A stretch of 63,786 bases of DNA, filler included, from Octopus bimaculoides (lineage: Eukaryota), in assembly GCF_001194135.2 (NCBI RefSeq). It is 5 parts of 5 records of this genome, joined end to end, with 100 filler letters (N's around TTAATTAATTAA, not from the genome) between each part and the next. Parts side by side here need not be neighbours in the genome. Positions count along the whole stretch, not along the records: positions 22,280 to 43,807 come from NC_068991.1; 4 more parts are not named here. One strand, 5' to 3'. Position numbers and translations under genes: made by a program. Of this stretch, positions 23,910 to 36,460 are shown piece after piece; the stretch's first letter is position 1, and each line of letters begins with the position of its first letter. The notes under the pieces were generated by a model that saw only the letters and a list, made by a program, of their open reading frames with translations, did no database searches and was not told the DNA's origin.

Positions 23910-24830
23910 GAATAACATAGACTACATATCAAACAAGCTGCACGACTGTACTGCAATATATCATCAGATGAAAGGATGAGCCTATATGAGCAGAAGACTG
24001 CATGGCTATGTTGGTAGAAAGCTCCATGATGATAGTAACATCAATCATCAAAGCAATTTATCATAGACCAATAGCCAGATTACTAGCTCCCATTTTGAAG
24101 GGCATGCATTTGCAATCCAGAAACAGGAAATATCAACCAAGTACTTGATGCACAAAAGGGATAGAGATACAGGAAAAGCCATAAAATGTGGAGTTCACAC
24201 TGAAGATATCACCCACATCACAAGCAATTGTCCAAAAATATCATCACGGATGAGACATGACATTGTAGCTAGGACACTCTATAATGAAATCTGTTGAAAG
24301 GATAATCTTGAGGATAAAGAAATAAGAACCCACAATATAATAGAAGCTATAGCCAGTCGTAATAAAAAGAAATACTGGTGGAACATACCAGTGAAGCCCT
24401 CAATAAAATGTAAGCACAACAGACCTGATATAATGATTTGGGATAGAGAAAAGAAACTGTGCACAGTTGTGAAAATTAGCTGCCCAGCAGATGTTAAGAT
24501 AAAGCTGAAGCTCAGTGAAAAAGAGAACACCTATGCTGAACTATTGAGAAATCTGCAGTTACTCTATCCAGATTACAAGTTCAGGTTTATACCTATAATT
24601 ATTTGGGCCCAGGGATATGTAACACACTGCCTAAATACCAATCTTGAGAAATTAGGCTTCTCAAAACCAGAAAGGAGAAAGCTAATTCAAAGACTACAGA
24701 TCCACTCCATCACTGGAACTGTAAAAATCTGTAAAACTTTCCAGAAGTCTATCGTTTAAATATATGTGAGCATGTCTAGATATGCAACTACATGCATACA
24801 TACATACATACATACATACATACATACATA
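23910..24830 (+). mobile_element. R4/NeSL-like non-LTR retrotransposon 3' end (CCHC knuckle + restriction-like endonuclease) with (TACA)n tail
   Basis: KCG..TEDITHITSNC, RHDIVA, NRPDIMIWD...SCPAD...EKENTY; followed by (TACA)n. Confidence 0.85.
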
Positions 24831-25288
24831 CAAACAAACAAAAATACTCTGTTGTTGATGTTGAAATTCCAATGAAGAAGACTTGGATCTAGGTTAGAAA
24901 CCAGTTCTTTCTCAATTGGCAAGAAATCTTGAAATAAACTGAATAATGATAAACATACATAAACACGTATATATATCATGAAGTAACTGTTACTTTCTCA
25001 GATGCAGCACAAAGTTTTGTCAGTGAACAGTTGCGGTTTCAAAGCAACAAAAATGTTTTGACACAAATGAAATTTAAATGTTGAAGTGAAACTAACAGTT
25101 TTTGTGTGTTCTTGAATGGCTTACAAACATCTTTCACACTGCAATCTTTCTATTGTCAACGGGACATTTTATACCATGACGACAAGGACATCACATTTTG
25201 TATATGACTGTGTATCTCTCTGTGAGTGTATGTAAGTGTATAAGTGTGTATATGTTTTATAGTGTGTCTTTCTGCGTTAGGTACATCA

Positions 25289-25517
25289 TTAACCATTTCG
25301 TTATCAACTTGGCTGAAACTGGCTCTGGCTCTATAGTACAAATGTCTTGTTTTCATAAGTTTTGAATTAAAATCTTCCATCAAATCTTAGTCACAATTTA
25401 TGTTCCTAACACTAGCTGAATGATAACTAAGTTATTTTACTAAATTCTTTGTTATATTGAAAGTAAATGAAAGAAACGCAGAGCATCTCAAAATAAATAC
25501 GGTAACAATAGGGTTAA
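25289..25517. mobile_element. piggyBac-type MITE
   Basis: TTAA at both ends; homologous to 15179-15407. Confidence 0.85.
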
Positions 25518-25862
25518 ACACACATTTACACATACATATGTAACAGTACACAATCAAACACACACACTTGTCTACACATATGATGACTGATGACAACAAC
25601 AATGTTACATTTTGTATATGACTGTGTATCTGTCTGTGAATGTATGTGTGTTAGTGTATGAGAGTGTATATGTTTCACAGTGTGTCTTTCCACGTTAGGT
25701 ATGTTATTAAACACACTATATGTATGTGAGGGCTGGTCAGTGTCAATACAAAATTTTATTTTCATTTCCATTATTTTCATTTCGATTAAAACAATATAAC
25801 AATATAACATTCAATAGAGATAATCTTTCTATTGTCAACATGACATTTTATGCAACGACAAA

Positions 25863-26358
25863 GACCTGTTGGGGCAAGCAAAAGCAAAATCGTGATGGCA
25901 CCTGTACCAGTGGAGCACTAAGAGCACCGTCCGAGCGTGATCGTTGCCAGAGCACCAGCTGTCTGGCTTCCGTGCTGGTGGCATGTAAATAGCACCATTT
26001 GAGCGTGATCGTTACCAACGTCGCTTTCCTGGCACTTGTGCCAGTGGCACGTGAAAAGACATTCGAGCGAGATCGTTGCCAGTACCACTGGACTAGCTCC
26101 TGTGCAGGTGGCACGTAAAATACACCATTTCGAGCATGGCCGTTGCCAGTACCGCCTGACTGGCCTTCGTGCCGGGGCACCCACGTAAAAGCACCCACTA
26201 CACTCTCGGAGTGGTTGGCGTTAGGAAAGGCATCCAGCTGTAGAAACTCTGCCAAATCAGATTGGAGCCTGGTGTAGCCACCTGGTCCACCAGTCCTCAG
26301 TCAAATCGTCCAACCCATGCTAGCATGGAAAGCGGATGTTAAACGATGATGATGATGA
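25863..26358 (+). mobile_element. SINE family V with an internal ~60-65-bp unit array
   Basis: Units, ggaaaggcatccagctgtag core and (GAT)n tail. Highly similar to 35481-35855. Confidence 0.85.
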
Positions 26359-26589
26359 TGACATCAAATTTTGTATATGACTATCTGTCTGTGAGTGTAT
26401 GTGTGTAAGTGTATGAACATGTATATATCTGTGTGGTATGTTATTAAACACACACACATCTACACATGCAATACATATGTGACAACTGGTATGCAAGAAT
26501 GTATCATTTGCTTTTATTTTGTTAATTTGCACTGCATACAAAAATACAGACATGCTATATAGATACCACACGGTAAACCATTATGCCTT

Positions 26590-26900
26590 ATTTTTTCAAG
26601 TAATTCATTACTACATATTCACATGTGGCTGCATAGGCTCACTTTATGTCTCTTATCCTACAGCCACACCAGCAATTCAATGTCAACCTTTCACCTTCTG
26701 CAACATTACAACAGTTCACTTCCTCATTACTGTCTCGCATTGCAGCCCATTTCCGGAATGTACTCATTTACATACAATATCTCCATTACACCTCCATTCA
26801 TTTGACTGTCAACCAAATGATGGATCATGTTAGACACTGCGTTGACTGCCTCAAAAGTGAATATATCCACTGACAGCTTTTTGGTGGGTTCAAAAATTTC
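26590..26900 (+). mobile_element. Possible decayed Penelope-like RT fragment
   Basis: PAIQ..FT...TVHFL.TVS resembles the HPxIQFT/FLD region of PLE RTs. Weak. Confidence 0.3.
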
Positions 26901-27067
26901 ATAATCCCATCAACTCCCAATTTTCCATGACAGGTTGGGGCATGGAATCCTCCAAACGGATGTATTATATGTTGCTTAGTCAAATTAGACCATCATTTAC
27001 TCCACAAATGTTTGGTCGTCAATGCTGCACTTTCCCGTATCACCTGTTTCAACATAACTGTAATATA

Positions 27068-27260
27068 TCATCATCACCATCATCATCATCATCGTTTAAC
27101 GTCCGCTTTCCATGCTAGCATGGATTGGACGATTTGACTGAGGACTGGTGAAACCGGATGGCAACACCAGGCTCCAATCTAATTTGGCAGAGTTTCTACA
27201 GCTGGATGCCCTTCCTAACGCCAACCACTCAGAGAGTGTAGTGGGTACTTTTATGTGTAT
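27068..27260 (-). mobile_element. SINE family V, 3' part
   Basis: Core and tail. Confidence 0.8.
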
Positions 27261-27288
27261 ATATATATACAAACTATACCATTTTAAT

Positions 27289-27316
27289 CCCAGGCAACGT
27301 CAGGTATCGCTGCTAG
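27289..27316 (+). mobile_element. Helitron 3' end signature
   Basis: cccaggcaacgtcagg hairpin followed by CTAG|T. Confidence 0.5.
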
Positions 27317-28129
27317 TTTTGATATAAAAATCAATGGGGTAGGTCAGATAATTGTTATGAAATATAAAGTGAAAATTTATCATTAAACTTTACTTAGAAA
27401 AAAACATAATTTCTTCAAGTATTATAAGAAAAATTTCTCACTAATTCAATAAGGTCATTGCCATATCTGGCCATGGTATGGCAAAAAAAAATGTAAAAGT
27501 TAATAAAGAGGGTAGTAAATTGATGTTACTTGTTAAACTGACATATTCCCACTTGGTGAAAGGTCAAACAGAACATGAATCCAAGGTTTCAAATATTGAG
27601 TTTCAGCCAGAATTTCAAGAAATGGACAAACTAATTACTAAGTAAACAGATATTTCTACGAAAAAAATGCACTAAATTGAGCTTCATAAGTCTTCTGGAA
27701 CTCAGGATTAGCATACTGAAAATTTTGCTTATTCCTTCTTCTTGTTTTAACAAAGTGTGGAAGTAATGTTTGAATTTTACCTATCAGATATTCTTGTACA
27801 TAGAAATTTAATTTTTCTTTGAGAAATATTGGTCAAACTTAACCAATAAAAGTTATATTGTGAAATGAATTTTCAATTTCTTCATTTTTGGTCCAATTGA
27901 TTTCATATTTGGTGTATTGATATAGTTTTGTATGGTAATTATTGATATGAAATTCATTTTCACCATAAATCAGAAAAGATCCCTCTCTCTTCTACTAATG
28001 AGTTTGCTGTAAGTTACAGCAATTTATGCTTTTACTGCTAAAGCAATTTTATCACATTTTATCTGTTTTTTAATCTAAGCTTACATGCAATTCTGAGAAA
28101 GGTATCAGGTGGTCATGGCGTGCTAGAAA

Positions 28130-28900
28130 CAACAGTGAAAGAAAACTGGCCAAAATTGGTCCAGATCAGGGGTGGAGGGAAGTGTGGGGGGGAACAACAA
28201 ATTTTCAAAAACTTTTTTTCACAAAAAGTTTCCCACATCATTTCCAAGGCTGTGGTGAAAAAAAAAATTGGAAAAATCCCCATCGAAATGGAGAAAATTC
28301 AACTTACGTGGGCATCCTGATCTGAAACTCCACCATTTAGAGCCATTTTTAATAGTCTATTGAAATTTTATCAAAATGGTATCATGTCCCAAAAGTCTCA
28401 AGATTTAAAATATTTCCATATCTACTACAAATGTGTCAAAACTCAAGACCTTGTAGCTTATACTTTTGGATTAAAGTAGGTTTGGGAACACTGTGAAATT
28501 GACTGTTTCTTAAAAGTAACAAAATAAGCTTTACATAAATATTTTTAAAATTACCAAAAAGAAAAAGTTTCATTTTCAAAAACCTGAAAAAAATAAAAAA
28601 TAGGCAACTACTATCTTATGGACGCTACTAATCTATGTAATTTGAAGATGATTATCACTTCAGTTTCAAAAATATAGTTAATAATTCATTTAGGCTAATT
28701 AGGCAAAACTTCAACCAATTTGCTGACGATTCAGATTGTCATATTTCCTAAAATATTCACAAAGGAATATTTCCTAAAATATTCACAAAGGAATATTTCC
28801 CAAAATACTCACAAATTTCACAAAGGAGGTATCTAAATATTTCTTTTGGGACGCTCCTCCCAAAAAGGGGGGGGGGGGCACAGAAGAAATTACATTTAAA
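28130..28900 (+). mobile_element. Unclassified non-autonomous DNA element (homologue at 41480-41960, minus strand)
   Basis: 28200-28335 aligns with the reverse complement of 41535-41665 (caaggctgtg.tgaaaaaaaaa...ggagaaaat.caac.ta.gt.g.c..cc...atctgaaactc). Includes a 26-bp tandem repeat (about 3 copies) at 28741-28830. Confidence 0.5.
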
Positions 28901-29185
28901 TATATTTCAAAAGTTCAGAGTGATACCTACTAAGAATGGGATACTATATAATGTACACACATAGATTGTAATAAAATCTTGTAGAGAGAGAAATATTAAA
29001 GTTGTTTTACTACAATTTAAGTGTGGTAAAATGGATATACATACATACATGTGTGTGTGTGTGTGTGTGTATCAATGGTATTACTGGTAAACAACCTATA
29101 ATGCTTGTATAAATAAATGGCTGTATACCAGTGCTATTTGCTAGTATCCAACAGGAAAGATAAACATAGGATCCAATTTAACATA

Positions 29186-30463
29186 CAAAGGTTGGCTGAA
29201 AAGTTCATAGGCTGACCAAGATGCTCTAATCAAATGTGACTAAAATGCAGTTTATTTTTTCAACAGAGTCACCCTTACAGTCCACACACTTCTTCCATCA
29301 GTGTTGCAGTGCCTGGGTCCCATTGGTGAAGAAGCTTTCATCCTGTCGGTCAAAAAGTCATCAATAATAGATAGCATATCACTGTGATACTGGCTTCCTG
29401 CCCAGTGTTTTTTCATGTTAGCAAACAGATGATAGTTAGATGAGGCTAAATCAGGAGAATAGGTAGGCTGATCAACCAATACAAAGCTACACAGCAGCCA
29501 TTGAAATCAAAGACTTGTGCGCTGGAACACTGTCCTCATGAAAAAGACCTCTTTCGTCAGTTTTCTTAGACATTTGTTCTTGATGTCCTATCATGACTGC
29601 CTCAGCAAGTTGGCATAGTACTCTCCATTGATGATGTGGCCCTTTTGAAGATAGTCCAATAAGCACAATACCTTATGCATCCCCAAAAACTGAGACCATC
29701 ACCTTCCTTCCAGATGAAATTACTTTAGCCTTCTTTGGAACAGGTGAGGAGGGGGTGTTTCCCATGCATGGGTTGTCTCTTTGTCTCTGGCTCAAAGTGA
29801 TAAAACTAACACTCATCCTGGATGAGGAAATGTTCAAGAAAAACAGCTGGATCTGCCTTAAATAGTGCCAGATTTTCCTGTGGTGTCATCATCCTGGTGT
29901 GCTTTTGAGCAGGTGCCAGAAGACTTAGAACCTCCTAAGCAGAAATCTTCATCATACCAAGTTCAATGTGCAGCATATTCTCAACTCTCTCACGGAATAT
30001 ATTAATAGCATTGGCTATTTCATTTATTGTCAATTGCCTGTCATCCACCACCATGTGGTGAACATGGTCAACGTTTTCCTTGGTGGTAGCATTTGCAGGA
30101 CATCCAGGCATTGGGTCATCTTCAAGACTCTCCTTTCCACTCCTAAATTCAGCTTCCTGTTTTTGCACTGTTGATAAAGTTGGTGCATTGTACCCTATTG
30201 TAGCAACCATGTAAGCATGAATGTCCTTTTGGGGCTAAAGCTTTTTTTCTGCAGGTACTTGATTATACCATGATGCCAAATTTTGTTGATTTTCAAGAAG
30301 TCGCTACTAGTTATTTTTAAAGTCTTCTTTGACCAATCAGATGTCAATTTACCTGGAAAGAAACAATGTAGTTATTAATGAGTCGAAATTAAAGCATGCA
30401 AGATTTCACAGCTTTAGCATCACTCCTTCATAGTCAACCTATCAACTTTTCATTCCACCCTTG
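29186..30463 (-). mobile_element. Full-length decayed mariner transposon (1278 bp), transposase pseudogene
   Basis: About 35-bp imperfect TIRs, TA TSDs, an HTH region (STVQK..AEFRSG..SLEDDP) and the YSPDLA motif. Stops and frameshifts. Confidence 0.92.
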
Positions 30464-30711
30464 TAAATTCAAGATCTGTGTGCTTTTGATAATGTGACAA
30501 CATGATTTCCTCATTATTTTTAATGCACAGTTGGATTAACATTTGTACTTTGGAATACGGTTACTAGTTTGGTACTTTCTTTGTTCTATCAAGTTTCATA
30601 ACTGAATGATTAACAGATGTTGGCAACAGACTTTATATTCAAACAAGGAAAAATAACATTTGATATTACAAAATATGCATACATATATATAAAATGAAAA
30701 ATATAGACATA

Positions 30712-32336
30712 CTAGCAGAAATACCCGGCGTTGCCTGGGTTAAAGAGAATAATGAAATCTAAAAACGCTGTCTAGACTACGCATCATCTTTATATATAGA
30801 GATGCATATACACACACGCACCCAAACACACGTATATATATGTATATCAATATAAATATATGAAAGTCAATGAAGTTTCGTAAAAGAAGGTGATCATGTA
30901 CATACTTTCTTGCTGTTGTGATTATAACACCTCGTTGTAAACAATGTTCCTTGTTTTCCCTTGTGGAGTATATACAAATAGGTTTTTTTTGCTGCCCACT
31001 CTTGAGCAGCCAACATACAGTTGTCCATGTGNNNNNNNNNNNNNNNNNNNNNNNNNNNNNNNNNNNNNNNNNNNNNNNNNNNNNNNNNNNNNNNNNNNNN
31101 NNNNNNNNNNNNNNNNNNNNNNNNNNNNNNNNNNNNNNNNNNNNNNNNNNNNNNNNNNNNNNNNNNNNNNNNNNNNNNNNNNNNNNNNNNNNNNNNNNNN
31201 NNNNNNNNNNNNNNNNNNNNNNNNNNNNNNNNNNNNNNNNNNNNNNNNNNNNNNNNNNNNNNNNNNNNNNNNNNNNNNNNNNNNNNNNNNNNNNNNNNNN
31301 NNNNNNNNNNNNNNNNNNNNNNNNNNNNNNNNNNNNNNNNNNNNNNNNNNNNNNNNNNNNNNNNNNNNNNNNNNNNNNNNNNNNNNNNNNNNNNNNNNNN
31401 NNNNNNNNNNNNNNNNNNNNNNNNNNNNNNNNNNNNNNNNNNNNNNNNNNNNNNNNNNNNNNNNNNNNNNNNNNNNNNNNNNNNNNNNNNNNNNNNNNNN
31501 NNNNNNNNNNNNNNNNNNNNNNNNNNNNNNNNNNNNNNNNNNNNNNNNNNNNNNNNNNNNNNNNNNNNNNNNNNNNNNNNNNNNNNNNNNNNNNNNNNNN
31601 NNNNNNNNNNNNNNNNNNNNNNNNNNNNNNNNNNNNNNNNNNNNNNNNNNNNNNNNNNNNNNNNNNNNNNNNNNNNNNNNNNNNNNNNNNNNNNNNNNNN
31701 NNNNNNNNNNNNNNNNNNNNNNNNNNNNNNNNNNNNNNNNNNNNNNNNNNNNNNNNNNNNNNNNNNNNNNNNNNNNNNNNNNNNNNNNNNNNNNNNNNNN
31801 NNNNNNNNNNNNNNNNNNNNNNNNNNNNNNNNNNNNNNNNNNNNNNNNNNNNNNNNNNNNNNNNNNNNNNNNNNNNNNNNNNNNNNNNNNNNNNNNNNNC
31901 ATCTCTCTCTCTCTCTCTCTCTGAAAGTATCTGTCATTACAGTATCGAAATGGTGTACATATACATCTATATGTATACATATACATCTCTCTCTCTCTCT
32001 TTCTCTCTCTGTGAAAGTATCTGTCATTACAGTATCGAAATGTGATTGTTTCAGTTAGTGGAATAGTTTCATTTTTAAAGTGAAAGTATTTGACATGAGC
32101 GTTTTTGTTTCACTTTTGACATGTAATACTTAAATAGTGGAGGAGATATTATGTTGCCGTGTGCTCGAACTCTGCAAGAAGTTAAAAATTGTGTTTGACT
32201 AAAACACAACTGGAACCCTAAGTAAGTCATGTGTAAAATTTGAATGAAATTGGTTGTGTAGTTCTCCAGTTTTAGGGATTCACACACACAGACAGACAGA
32301 CAGACAGACACAAATTCTTATTTTTATATATATAGA
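30712..32336 (-). mobile_element. Internally deleted Helitron retaining the PIF1 helicase C-terminus
   Basis: 5' TCTATATATATAAAA end at 32336, HGQLYVGCSRVG..KTRNIVY at 30922-31030, 3' hairpin + CTAG at 30712, inserted between A and T. Confidence 0.8.
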
Positions 32337-33603
32337 TATCCATTTACAAATAAAAGTATACATATCAAATATGTAGATTTAGTTACATAAATATTTAAAT
32401 ATTTGAAAATATATATATTTATACAAACACACATATTAGATTCATAAGTAGGTATTTGAACACATATACTGACATACACATATACCTACATACATATAGA
32501 TATATATGAGGCCATGCTGGAGTCAATCAAAGGTGTAGTCAATCATATTATTAACCCCAGTACTTATTTCAATCTGATACTTATTTTATCCTTCTCTATT
32601 TCTCAAGCTACTAAGTTATGGAACATAAACAACAGTACCAGTTTTAAGTACTATAAGCATGAACACACACAAACGTAAATATATATATATATATATATAT
32701 ATATANNNNNNNNNNNNNNNNNNNNNNNNNNNNNNNNNNNNNNNNNNNNNNNNNNNNNNNNNNNNNNNNNNNNNNNNNNNNNNNNNNNNNNNNNNNNNNN
32801 NNNNNNNNNNNNNNNNNNNNNNNNNNNNNNNNNNNNNNNNNNNNNNNNNNNNNNNNNNNNNNNNNNNNNNNNNNNNNNNNNNNNNNNNNNNNNNNNNNNN
32901 NNNNNNNNNNNNNNNNNNNNNNNNNNNNNNNNNNNNNNNNNNNNNNNNNNNNNNNNNNNNNNNNNNNNNNNNNNNNNNNNNNNNNNNNNNNNNNNNNNNN
33001 NNNNNNNNNNNNNNNNNNNNNNNNNNNNNNNNNNNNNNNNNNNNNNNNNNNNNNNNNNNNNNNNNNNNNNNNNNNNNNNNNNNNNNNNNNNNNNNNNNNN
33101 NNNNNNNNNNNNNNNNNNNNNNNNNNNNNNNNNNNNNNNNNNNNNNNNNNNNNNNNNNNNNNNNNNNNNNNNNNNNNNNNNNNNNNNNNNNNNNNNNNNN
33201 NNNNNNNNNNNNNNNNNNNNNNNNNNNNNNNNNNNNNNNNNNNNNNNNNNNNNNNNNNNNNNNNNNNNNNNNNNNNNNNNNNNNNNNNNNNNNNNNNNNN
33301 NNNNNNNNNNNNNNNNNNNNNNNNNNNNNNNNNNNNNNNNNNNNNNNNNNNNNNNNNNNNNNNNNNNNNNNNNNNNNNNNNNNNNNNNNNNNNNNNNNNN
33401 NNNNNNNNNNNNNNNNNNNNNNNNNNNNNNNNNNNNNNNNNNNNNNNNNNNNNNNNNNNNNNNNNNNNNNNNNNNNNNNNNNNNNNNNNNNNNNNNNNNN
33501 NNNNNNNNNNNNNNNNNNNNNNNNNNNNNNNNNNNNNNNNNNNNNNNNNNNNNNNNNNNNNNNNNNNNNNNNNNNNNNNNNNNNNNNNNNNNNNNNNNNN
33601 NNN

Positions 33604-33637
<34 letters not shown>

Positions 33638-34322
33638 ACAGGAATGGCAACAAAAGAAAGAAAGAGACATCGATATTATGCAAATAGAGGAATTTATCTG
33701 TAAAAATATGTGACACTTATTCAGTAGCCATGATAAAACTCCGAGTTTCGGATGCCGGGGGGTGGGGGGCACGCCAACATTTCTTCAGTTATCGGGCCAT
33801 TGAAAATTCCTGTGAAAAATGACCGTTAAAAACAAAGGGAAATTAAAAACAAAAGGAAATTACTGTGTAGTGGCAAAACGCATCTAAAACTGCATATATT
33901 ATCGCATGCACGCATATATCCATACACGCATGCACATAAATCAATATATGCACGCATATATCTACATACGCATGCATCCACGCGCACACTCACGAGCGCG
34001 CACATATAAAGTTCCTTGTACGTGTCTATAAGCGTACGGAAAAAAGTTTCGAGGGGAGAAAACAGAAAACTATATGTGGAAAAATACAAAAAAACACATT
34101 AAGCCTATAACTATGTAAAAAATAATTAAAAAAACATAATAAAATAAAAATATAAAAATATAAAATCCAGGTAAAAAAGTGAAAAACTTGTGCATAGACA
34201 CAATATGGAAGCCTATCAGTGCTGCCCATCAGCATGTCCTATTAAAAAATATATATATAAGAAATATAAGCATTAATTATAGAGAGACACAAAAAAATAG
34301 AAAGCAAGTCCAATCTGTGAAC

Positions 34323-34965
34323 TCAGGGGGACCAAAAACGTAGCAAATATTTGGTCACATGTGGACATGATCCGAAAAGTTCAGTCTTTGAATTTAGACA
34401 TGTGGTAGGGTCCAAGCTGCCCTTCCAGATGAGCCATCTTTCCATATCACATAGACTGCACCCTCTGCTGCCACTGGTGTAGGGTTTACACTTGGCTAAG
34501 ATCTTCCAATGGATGTTGTAACTGACACCTTTATCTTTTAAAGACCATATATGACTGGATAATTTTGTCACTTTTCTTTTGTCCCAGTGCCTAAAACTCA
34601 AAGTGCGATTATTGTATCTGGCCTTGAAATTACCCTCTGTGAGGCCCACGTATTTCTTCATGGAAACTGCATTCTTAGTGGATACAGAATCTACGGTGGC
34701 TTCATAAATGATGGTTTCGGACATGCAAGCTCCATTTAGCGGGCACAAATTTTTATCTCTGCATGAACAGCTGGCATCATATTGCAGCTTTTGTGTGTTG
34801 TGTGCGATTATATTCTTAAAATTAGCAGTTGAGCTGAAACTGATTTTTAAGTTATGTCTGTTGAAGATCTTCCTATAATTATGGTTAACTGGAAAGTGTC
34901 TGTCTATCAATGCCAAGAAATATCTGCCTATATTAAAGGTCACTTCAGGTGAGTAGGGGGGTGTG
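34323..34965 (-). mobile_element. Penelope-like element, Naiad-type: thumb + GIY-YIG endonuclease, open to the stop codon
   Basis: PPYS..V..NIG..FL, CSCR..NLCPLNGAC, IIYEATV, YVGLTE, FKARY, LSSHIW.LK, CSLC and C-terminal CPH. The 5' part lies in an N gap. Confidence 0.88.
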
Positions 34966-35480
34966 ANNNNNNNNNNNNNNNNNNNNNNNNNNNNNNNNNN
35001 NNNNNNNNNNNNNNNNNNNNNNNNNNNNNNNNNNNNNNNNNNNNNNNNNNNNNNNNNNNNNNNNNNNNNNNNNNNNNNNNNNNNNNNNNNNNNNNNNNNN
35101 NNNNNNNNNNNNNNNNNNNNNNNNNNNNNNNNNNNNNNNNNNNNNNNNNNNNNNNNNNNNNNNNNNNNNNNNNNNNNNNNNNNNNNNNNNNNNNNNNNNN
35201 NNNNNNNNNNNNNNNNNNNNNNNNNNNNNNNNNNNNNNNNNNNNNNNNNNNNNNNNNNNNNNNNNNNNNNNNNNNNNNNNNNNNNNNNNNNNNNNNNNNN
35301 NNNNNNNNNNNNNNNNNNNNNNNNNNNNNNNNNNNNNNNNNNNNNNNNNNNNNNNNNNNNNNNNNNNNNNNNNNNNNNNNNNNNNNNNNNNNNNNNNNNN
35401 NNNNNNNNNNNNNNNNNNNNNNNNNNNNNNNNNNNNNNNNNNNNNNNNNNNNNNNNNNNNNNNNNNNNNNNNNNNNNNNN

Positions 35481-35855
35481 ATCTGTTGAGGCAAGCGAAA
35501 GCGAAATCGTGATGGCACCTGTGCCCTGGCACTTGTGCTGATGGCACATGTAAAGACATTTGAGCGAGATCGTTGCCAGTGCCGCTGGACTGGCTCCTGT
35601 GCAAGTAGCACGTAAAAGACACCATTTCGAGCGTGGCCGTTGCCAGTACCGCCTGACTGGCCTTTGTGCCTGTGGCACGTAAAAGCACCCACTACACTCT
35701 CAGAGTGTTGGCGTTAGGAAAGGCATCCAACTGTAGAAACTCTGCCAAATCAAATTGGAGCCTGGTGTAGCCACCTGGTTCACCAGTTCTCAGTCAAATC
35801 ATCCAACCCATGCTAGCATGGAAAGCGGACGTTAAACGATGATGATGATGATGAT
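35481..35855 (+). mobile_element. SINE family V with internal units
   Basis: Near-identical to 25863-26358. Confidence 0.85.
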
Positions 35856-35859
35856 TGAA

Positions 35860-36460
35860 TGATAGGACAAAACAGGATACATTATGGATGGAGTGGGGGA
35901 CGGGTTTATTTCAGACCCCACGAGCCCTGCCTCACCACTGACACCTGGGTTTCATCCTATGTCGCATTCATAAGGGACCTTTCATACGCAACGTTCATGT
36001 AACATTCTTCCATCTGTTATCAAAAGTTTTCATAGTCAAGCATTTTCTCTCCAGCCCTATTTGTCTTTTCAGGTGAAAGATGAAAAAATTCACTAAATCA
36101 AGGCCAGAGATGAAGAAACCTGACTTTAACACTTTCATTCTTGTCTTCCATATCACCTCTCTTGTGATTACTACTACAGAGAGAAAACAATTACTTTCTT
36201 TCATTAAGAAATCTGGCAGCTTAATTTTTACTATAGATTCAGTCAACAGCTGTACTCTTCCTCCACTTGACAACTGTTGTTCGGCATAAACCCACACGTC
36301 TGACACCTTTGAGCACTGAACAATAGCGTGCAGGACGTTTTCCCTGTCCAGCCCACATCTTGGACAGGTCGGAGTGCCTAGGCCTCCATGCCTTGTGAGT
36401 TTGTCCTGAAATGCTCCCTAGATCCCTCCACCACCCCCACTAGGGTGGTATCAACCACTT
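35860..36460 (-). mobile_element. Tx1/L1-clade LINE ORF2 3' end (zinc finger + C-terminus)
   Basis: QDKLTRHG..TPTCPRCG...NVLHAIVQC..V..VW, IWKTR, FFIFHLKRQIGLER..L....F.NRW. Confidence 0.75.

Noticed and set aside
30894-33772. Long ORFs of 326-377 aa in the track
   Set aside because: They are almost entirely N-gap (X) residues plus microsatellite translation. The same applies to the ORFs at 34940-35692, 47979-48761, 51595-51923 and 52246-53275.
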